A DNA stretch of 64,000 bases, from positions 1 through 64,000 of the IMG/VR virus record IMGVR_UViG_3300006931_000029; one strand, given 5' to 3'. The notes beneath the pieces are model-generated. The model saw only the letters and a list, made by a program, of their open reading frames with translations, searched no databases and was not told the DNA's origin. Position numbers and translations under genes: made by a program. Shown one piece after another: positions 58,350 to 62,927 of the stretch (the stretch's first letter is position 1; every line of letters starts with the position of its first letter).

Positions 58350-58425
58350 TGGAAGCACCGACGGGATTTGCACCCGTGACCTTGGGCTTATGAGTCCCGC
58401 GCTCTACTAACTGAGCTACAGTGCC
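58350..58425 (-). tRNA. tRNA-Met(CAU), elongator-like
   Basis: GGC acceptor start, CU-CAU-AA. Confidence 0.82.
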
Positions 58426-58433
58426 ACTGAGAA

Positions 58434-58523
58434 TGGTGGAACGGGAGGGACTTGCACCCCCGACGGTGGGTTCACCACATGGGCTTAAAAGGCCCGACCA
58501 ATCGCTGCTATGGGGACCGTTCC
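58434..58523 (-). tRNA. tRNA with Lys anticodon (UUU) and a long variable arm
   Basis: CU-UUU-AA loop; GUGG/CCAC variable stem. Confidence 0.8.
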
Positions 58524-58529
58524 AAAAGT

Positions 58530-58604
58530 TGGCTGGGAAGGTTGGGATCGAACCAACGACCATCGAGTTAACAGCTCGCCGCTCTGCCACTGAGCTACAT
58601 CCCA
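58530..58604 (-). tRNA. tRNA-Asn(GUU), canonical-elbow copy
   Basis: GG D-loop, UUC T-loop. Confidence 0.9.
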
Positions 58605-58612
58605 ATGAAAAA

Positions 58613-58798
58613 TTTGCCTTGGCGTGGACCTTCAGCAGTGACCGCAGTCCAACCTCGCTTTTCCCGCTGAGCTTTCTGTTTCGACCGAAGTCTTCCGCCG
58701 CGATGTCTCGAACGACCAGGCCGGTATTAGCGACCCGAAGCGGTATGAACAACCTAGCGCGCCACACTTGAGTCTCCCTCGTAGAGCTCCAAGGCAAA
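58613..58798 (-). ncRNA. ~186-nt structured RNA of unknown family
   Basis: 10-bp terminal pairing UUUGCCUUGG/CCAAGGCAAA, UUCG-capped hairpins, fills the tRNA gap. Confidence 0.55.
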
Positions 58799-58799
58799 A

Positions 58800-58875
58800 T
58801 GGCGGGAATGAAGGGATTCGCACCCTCGGTCTCTTGCGTGACAGGCAAGCGCTTTAACTGCTAAGCTACACCCCC
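58800..58875 (-). tRNA. tRNA-Asp(GUC)
   Basis: G73, CCA. Confidence 0.9.
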
Positions 58876-58882
58876 GTGAAAA

Positions 58883-58990
58883 TGGTTGAGGCCCAGCTTG
58901 TCGTCTGCGCTATGCCCAGCTGGAATCGAACCGAGTCTAGTTAGGGACTTGCACCCCGCTTCGCGACAAGATCGCACCGCACGATCCTCA
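58883..58990 (-). ncRNA. CCA-ended RNA with two T-loop hairpins
   Basis: UGAGG/CCUCA-ACCA, CUUGUCG/CGACAAG, GGG-UGCAAGU-CCC and GG-UUCGAUU-CC. Confidence 0.6.
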
Positions 58991-58994
58991 AAAA

Positions 58995-59071
58995 TGGTCC
59001 GGACGACAGGATTCGCACCTGCGGCCTCTTGATCCCAAATCAAGCGTTCTACTAGGCTGAACTACATCCGG
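58995..59071 (-). tRNA. tRNA-Pro(UGG)
   Basis: C1-G72, A73. Confidence 0.9.
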
Positions 59072-59077
59072 ATAAAT

Positions 59078-59187
59078 TGTGCCGAAGACGTTTCTGCATT
59101 TGTAAGCCACTTGGTTCCCTGCGGGAATTGCTGGTAACAGGGAGACGGTTTCGAACCCGTGTCTTCATGACCCCCATCGCTGACACA
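59078..59187 (-). ncRNA. Circularly permuted tRNA-like RNA on a terminal stem
   Basis: UGUGUC/GGCACA ends, GAAGAC/GUCUUC, T arm first, then UCCCUG..ACCA..CAGGGA. Confidence 0.5.
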
Positions 59188-59191
59188 AAAG

Positions 59192-59270
59192 TGGGAGCAG
59201 GAGTTGGATTTGAACCAACGATTTCGACCTTATGAGGATCGCGAGGACGGCCATGCTCCTCTACCCTGCC
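59192..59270 (-). tRNA. tRNA(CAU), initiator-like body
   Basis: A11-U24 D stem, UUCAAAU; lacks the three G-C anticodon-stem pairs. Confidence 0.75.
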
Positions 59271-59421
59271 ACAAAAAGATTATTGACACGACTCGCACGG
59301 ACCATCGTCTAAGTTGCAAGTTTTTGGCTTCTCGCCTTCAGGCGCAGGAGCATCTTGCACGAACTCGCCGATGTCGTCATCGGGAGACAGAGTCGACGGT
59401 TTTGGATCAGTCATGCGCTAT

Positions 59422-59598
59422 CTACAAGTTCAATCCGTGCAGAACTCCGATTTTGTCCAGCGCATAAACCACGAAGATCAGAGCCAAGATAGCACCGATG
59501 ATTTTCAACGGCGTACCTTGAGCGAACTGACCAGCTACCCAGAAGATCAGGTAGAGCACGAGACCGACTATGAGGATGACGATTAGTGATTCGATCAT
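59422..59598 (-). CDS. 58-aa two-helix membrane protein
   Basis: Two hydrophobic segments; GAGGAGG upstream. Confidence 0.7.
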   Translation of the reverse strand: MIESLIVILIVGLVLYLIFWVAGQFAQGTPLKIIGAILALIFVVYALDKIGVLHGLNL

Positions 59599-59634
59599 GG
59601 TAAACAGACATAGTCTGCCCCTCCTCGTTCCAAA

Positions 59635-59710
59635 TGGTGGGAACAGCTGGAGTTGCACCAGCGACACGCAGATTTTCAGTCTGCTGCTCTACTGACTGAG
59701 CTATGTCCCC
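59635..59710 (-). tRNA. tRNA-Phe(GAA)
   Basis: Cloverleaf, CCA. Confidence 0.92.
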
Positions 59711-59714
59711 AAAG

Positions 59715-59847
59715 TGGTGGGAAGTGCAGGATTCGAACCTACTTGCTTGGCTTTTCAGGGCTTTGCTTTTCCGAAGTAACCCAGTCGGTCACTGCGATCT
59801 TGCGACCGAGAATTAGGTGACTAGGTGTTGTCTTGTTAAGACTTCCC
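59715..59847 (-). ncRNA. tRNA body with Y-like module replacing the anticodon arm (chimera 1)
   Basis: GGGAAGU/ACUUCCC-ACCA, T arm, internal ..UUCUC-GGUC-GCAA-GAUC-GCAGUGA-N9-UUACUUC. Confidence 0.72.
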
Positions 59848-59851
59848 AAAG

Positions 59852-59927
59852 TGGCACGGACGGCAGGAATTGCACCTGCGACCTGGAGATTTGGAGTTTC
59901 CCGCTCTACTAATTGAGCTACGTCCGT
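59852..59927 (-). tRNA. tRNA-Trp(CCA)
   Basis: A1-U72, G73. Confidence 0.9.
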
Positions 59928-59928
59928 A

Positions 59929-60004
59929 TGGAGAGGGATGTCGGAATTGCACCGACGCATGACGCTTTTGCAGAACGTTGCCTTTCTGACTTGGCTAATC
60001 CCTC
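59929..60004 (-). tRNA. tRNA-Cys(GCA)
   Basis: U73, CCA. Confidence 0.88.
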
Positions 60005-60008
60005 AAAG

Positions 60009-60083
60009 TGGTGGAAGCAGTGGGACTTGCACCCACAACCCTTCGCTTAAGAGGCGAGAGCTCTACTATTGAGCTATACTTCC
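60009..60083 (-). tRNA. tRNA-Lys(CUU)
   Basis: Cloverleaf, CCA. Confidence 0.9.
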
Positions 60084-60088
60084 AAAAA

Positions 60089-60218
60089 TGGTGCGCGCGC
60101 CTGGATTCGAACCAAGTCTAATCTTTTCGTAGAAGAAGTAACCCAATCGGTCACTGCGTCTTGCGACGAGAATAAGGTGACTGAGATATTTGTTGTGCTA
60201 CCATTACACTACACGCGC
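60089..60218 (-). ncRNA. tRNA body with Y-like module in the anticodon arm (chimera 2)
   Basis: Intact acceptor, D and T arms plus CCA; permuted module closed by a GCAA loop. Confidence 0.75.
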
Positions 60219-60225
60219 AAAAGCT

Positions 60226-60360
60226 TTCCGAGAGAAAAACGAGGACGGTAGAAGACGCGGTGTTAAGTCGCGTTGCCCAACCATTAGGCGTATTCTCCAG
60301 TTTTGGCGGAGGATATTGGATTTGAACCAATGAAGTAACCGTTTCTCTCACTACTCGGAA
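60226..60360 (-). ncRNA. YrlA-like RNA with a permuted tRNA domain
   Basis: UUCCGAG/CUCGGAA ends, UAGUGA..UUACUUC, then T arm, acceptor 3' strand + GCCA, spacer, acceptor 5' strand, D arm. Confidence 0.72.
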
Positions 60361-60362
60361 AA

Positions 60363-60490
60363 TGGTGGACTGCACGAGATTCGAACTCGGACGCTCGCCC
60401 CCGTAGGGCCGCGAGCGGTTCTACCTGCCGTGGCGGACGGATTGATTACCGTCGGACTTGATTCGTCGTTACGCGTTGGCGATACAGCCC
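60363..60490 (-). ncRNA. 128-nt tRNA-like RNA with Ala identity and no anticodon arm
   Basis: GGGCUGU/GCAGUCC-ACCA (G3-U70, A73), UUCGAAU T arm. Confidence 0.65.
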
Positions 60491-60494
60491 GAAA

Positions 60495-60572
60495 TGGTCG
60501 GTCTGGCCGGATTCGCACCGGCGATCTTTCCGCCCCGAACGGAACGCGATAACTAGGCTACGCTACAGACCG
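60495..60572 (-). tRNA. tRNA-Pro(CGG)
   Basis: C1-G72, A73. Confidence 0.9.
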
Positions 60573-60576
60573 AAAA

Positions 60577-60652
60577 TGGTCCTCCCGATAGGATTCGCAC
60601 CTACGACCCCACGCTTATCAAGCGCGTGCTCTAACTGCTGAGCTACGAGAGG
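60577..60652 (-). tRNA. tRNA-Ile(GAU)
   Basis: Cloverleaf, CCA. Confidence 0.9.
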
Positions 60653-60656
60653 AAAA

Positions 60657-60792
60657 TGGTGCAGCGTGTAGGATTCGAACCCACGTAAGCGGTTTGGATT
60701 TGAAGTAACTCAATCTTCACTGCGTCTTGCGACGAGAAAAGTCAGACTGAGACTTGTTAGGACCGCTGTCCTGGCCACTAGACGAACGCTGC
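60657..60792 (-). ncRNA. Complete tRNA body with Y-like module inserted in the anticodon loop (chimera 3)
   Basis: Anticodon stem GCGGU/ACCGC intact around the module. Confidence 0.78.
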
Positions 60793-60800
60793 AAATTTTT

Positions 60801-60929
60801 CCGTGAGAACAATGGACTGGGAGGTGAAGACCTTTCGGCCCTCGGGTGGAATTGAACCACCATTGATTCCTTAATAGGGAATTGCTTTACCATTAAGCAA
60901 CGAAGTATCCCATATTCCTCACTGCACGG
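60801..60929 (-). ncRNA. Y-like RNA enclosing an unpermuted D/anticodon/T cloverleaf
   Basis: CCGUG/CACGG ends, CAGUGA..AUACUUC, then D arm, AUUCC-CUAUUAA-GGAAU and T arm. Confidence 0.7.
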
Positions 60930-60939
60930 AAATTGTAAT

Positions 60940-61001
60940 CGGGAGAAAAGAATGTCGACGGGTGTATTTCCCCAAGAAGTATCCGTAGACGTCACTACCC
61001 G
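60940..61001 (-). ncRNA. Minimal Y-like module
   Basis: CGGG-UAGUGA..AUACUUC..UUUUCU-CCCG. Confidence 0.7.
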
Positions 61002-61010
61002 AAAAAGCTC

Positions 61011-61082
61011 TCTGCGAGAATAAAGTGGACTCGGTGTTTTTCGATGTTGATGTTGAAGTAACCGAACCCGTCACTGCGCAGA
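61011..61082 (-). ncRNA. Minimal Y-like module
   Basis: UCUGCG-CAGUGA..UUACUUC..UAUUCU-CGCAGA. Confidence 0.7.
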
Positions 61083-61085
61083 AAT

Positions 61086-61162
61086 TGGTGGACCGGATGG
61101 GAGTTGCACCCACCACACGGTGCTTGCAAAGCACTGTCGCCGCTAACGGTACATGCCGGCCC
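61086..61162 (-). tRNA. tRNA-Ala(UGC)
   Basis: G3-U70, irregular D arm. Confidence 0.85.
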
Positions 61163-61169
61163 AATAAAG

Positions 61170-61247
61170 TGGTGCGTCAAGAGGGAATTGCACCCACGAC
61201 ATCCTCTTTGGAAGAGAGGTGCTCTAAACTAACTGAGCTATTGACGC
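61170..61247 (-). tRNA. tRNA-Gly(UCC), A73
   Basis: GCG acceptor start, CU-UCC-AA. Confidence 0.9.
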
Positions 61248-61251
61248 GAAA

Positions 61252-61311
61252 CGGGAGAAAAGTCGACAAGGTGTTTTTCATACAAAGAAGTAACCCTGTC
61301 ATCACTGCCCG
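61252..61311 (-). ncRNA. Minimal Y-like module
   Basis: CGGG-CAGUGA-UGACAGGG-UUACUUC..ACCUUGUCG-ACUUUUCU-CCCG. Confidence 0.7.
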
Positions 61312-61315
61312 AAGA

Positions 61316-61394
61316 TGGTGCGTGTGGCGGGATTCGCACCCACGAAATCCTCGTTGGCAACGAGGCGCTGTAGACTAGGCTGAGCCACACACGC
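61316..61394 (-). tRNA. tRNA-Gly(GCC), A73
   Basis: Cloverleaf, CCA. Confidence 0.9.
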
Positions 61395-61398
61395 AAAT

Positions 61399-61474
61399 TG
61401 GTGCCCGCGACGAGATTCGCACTCGTGTTCTCGCCTTGAAAGGGCGGCGTCCTGGTCTCCTAGACGACGCGGGC
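61399..61474 (-). tRNA. tRNA-Glu(UUC)
   Basis: Cloverleaf, CCA. Confidence 0.9.
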
Positions 61475-61475
61475 A

Positions 61476-61549
61476 TGGCGCACGAGGATGGAATTGAACC
61501 ACCGACCAACCAGTGGAAACCGGCTGCTCTTTCTCTGAGCTACTCGTGC
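61476..61549 (-). tRNA. tRNA-like gene with 6-nt anticodon loop (undetermined)
   Basis: GCCGG-UUUCCA-CUGGU; other arms intact. Confidence 0.65.
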
Positions 61550-61785
61550 AAAATTGTTCGGGCAGAGGCTGTCAAAGCATTTAACGCATCGCGCACCTCT
61601 GCCCTAGTTTTCTATATTCAAAAGAACGATACACACCTTCGACAACTCTTAGTTGAGTCTATTGGTGACCGTGTTGGCCCCGATAGCTATTCCCATCGTT
61701 TGTCTGGCCTAGATGGGTTGCCAGGAGGGATTTTACCCTCAGAGTTGACCGGCTTGCGCCGGAAAGTTGTTTGAATTCAGATACG

Positions 61786-61817
61786 AAAAAACCCGACCTC
61801 TTGCGAGAGTCGGGCTC
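61786..61817 (-). terminator. Intrinsic terminator (attenuator) upstream of the tRNA array
   Basis: GAGCCCGACUCUC-GCAA-GAGGUCGGG-UUUUUU. Confidence 0.85.
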
Positions 61818-61847
61818 AACTAAACCTAAGGTTCCTTTTCTGGCTAC

Positions 61848-61994
61848 CTAGGCGGTTGAACCCTCCTCGATGGGCAAATTATGCCCTTGGGTCGTCTTCG
61901 CGCTACGGCTTTCATATCCGGCCGACAGCACGACGCCGCAATCCTGGTTAAACCAGGTTTTTGGCTGTATCGATACTGTTGATCTTAAGGACAT
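61848..61994 (-). CDS. 48-aa leader peptide (pan-codon attenuator uORF)
   Basis: MSLRSTVSIQPKTWFNQDCGVVLSAGYESRSAKTTQGHNLPIEEGSTA*; its last codons are complementary to the terminator 5' arm. Confidence 0.7.
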   Translation of the reverse strand: MSLRSTVSIQPKTWFNQDCGVVLSAGYESRSAKTTQGHNLPIEEGSTA

Positions 61995-62123
61995 GGAAAG
62001 TGAAGATTGGTTGGTTGAAAATTTGGTGCGAGCTGATTTATCTACTCGCGTCGTGTGAAACTGGAAGAACTTAGACTCTTAGGACCAAGATTTGGTCCAG
62101 GCTGACAAGGTTAATTTGGAAAT

Positions 62124-62209
62124 TGGTGGCGAAAGAAGGGATCGAACCTCCGACCTGGTCGTCCATTTTTAAGGTGGCCGTCCATGCTCTACCGCTAAGC
62201 TATTTCGCC
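62124..62209 (-). ncRNA. tRNA-like RNA with extended anticodon arm
   Basis: Perfect acceptor, D and T arms plus CCA; ~29-nt anticodon arm. Confidence 0.65.
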
Positions 62210-62212
62210 GAC

Positions 62213-62282
62213 TTTCAAGAGAACACCGAGGAAACAGGAACAATCCAGATTACTACGGCCAAAACCTGGCGTTCTCTTGAAA
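62213..62282 (-). ncRNA. Long-stem RNA (15-bp terminal helix)
   Basis: UUUCAAGAGAACGCC/GGUGUUCUCUUGAAA. Confidence 0.45.
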
Positions 62283-62283
62283 T

Positions 62284-62357
62284 TGGAGCCGACCGGGGAT
62301 TAAGAAACACCCCTCTTCCGTCCCATGGGACGGCGTGCGCGGTTACACTATGACGGC
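62284..62357 (-). ncRNA. Degenerate tRNA-like RNA with collapsed anticodon loop
   Basis: CCGUCCC-AU-GGGACGG, 11-nt T-loop, CCA. Confidence 0.55.
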
Positions 62358-62363
62358 ATAAAG

Positions 62364-62469
62364 TGGTGCCAAGGCCGACATCGCTGCCGGCGGCGAAACC
62401 CTGCCCGCTGCATTAGTCGCGTCCGAAGACACGTCGAGAGCAGTGGCGTTTGATTCCACGGGGCTTGGC
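62364..62469 (-). ncRNA. 106-nt CCA-ended tRNA-like RNA with a long central arm
   Basis: GCCAAG/CUUGGC-ACCA; central helix capped by CUUCGG. Confidence 0.55.
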
Positions 62470-62475
62470 ATAAAT

Positions 62476-62830
62476 TGGTGGAGATGGCGGGAGTTGAACC
62501 CGCGTGCTAAAAGAGAACCGAATCTGAGTCTACGCGCGTGTCCTATTTTAATGTCCAGGCGGACCTATCTTTGGCTGAGTTTTTGAGTTCCGCCTCAGCC
62601 GGCAGCGAAATCAGTAGCGTAGTTTTTACGCAGCACGATCTACCCCGCTCATCTTAATCGTGCCACGCGCAGCCTAATTAGGCCGCGAGACGGAGCTCGT
62701 TGGAACGAGCGAACGCCTTGACAATGGTGTTGCCATTTGTGGTTTGCCAAGTCTTGTTATGGAGGTCGACCTAGCAGTCTCCAGCGCGCATCAGGTATCT
62801 GTCTCCTAAAGTAGAATCCAGAACATCCCC
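62476..62830 (-). ncRNA. ssrA: tmRNA, tag (A)GNTIVKAFARSNELRLAA
   Basis: GGGGAUG/CAUCUCC-ACCA with G3-U70, GGAUUC 5' motif, T arm, tag ORF 62678..62734 ending LAA-TAA. Confidence 0.93.
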
Positions 62831-62883
62831 AGTGCTATGTCAAAAGAACTTATCGACGACCGAAGTCACCGACAACGTCGCAG

Positions 62884-62914
62884 AGTTTACTGCTCAATGA
62901 GTCAATGTAAACAA
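62884..62914 (-). promoter_or_regulatory. Sigma70-like early promoter heading the RNA island
   Basis: TTGTTTAC-N17-TAAACT; the same motif recurs at other operon starts. Confidence 0.6.
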
Positions 62915-62927
62915 AAAAGATGCGTTC

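Noticed and set aside
58613-58798. 6S RNA or second RNase P RNA
   Set aside because: Size fits 6S, but I could not build the rod with a central bubble, and no P4 pairing is available.
59715-60792. Group I introns in tRNA anticodon loops
   Set aside because: Inserts are only ~60-70 nt and lack the group I core elements.
59770-61311. Repeated GAAGTAACC...TCACTGC motif as a CRISPR array
   Set aside because: Irregular spacing, variable interior with compensatory pairing, interleaved tRNAs and no cas genes; it is an RNA structural module.
54040-62353. Many 60-170-aa ORFs over the tRNA island in the ORF track
   Set aside because: They are translations of tRNA or ncRNA sequence on either strand with no protein motifs.
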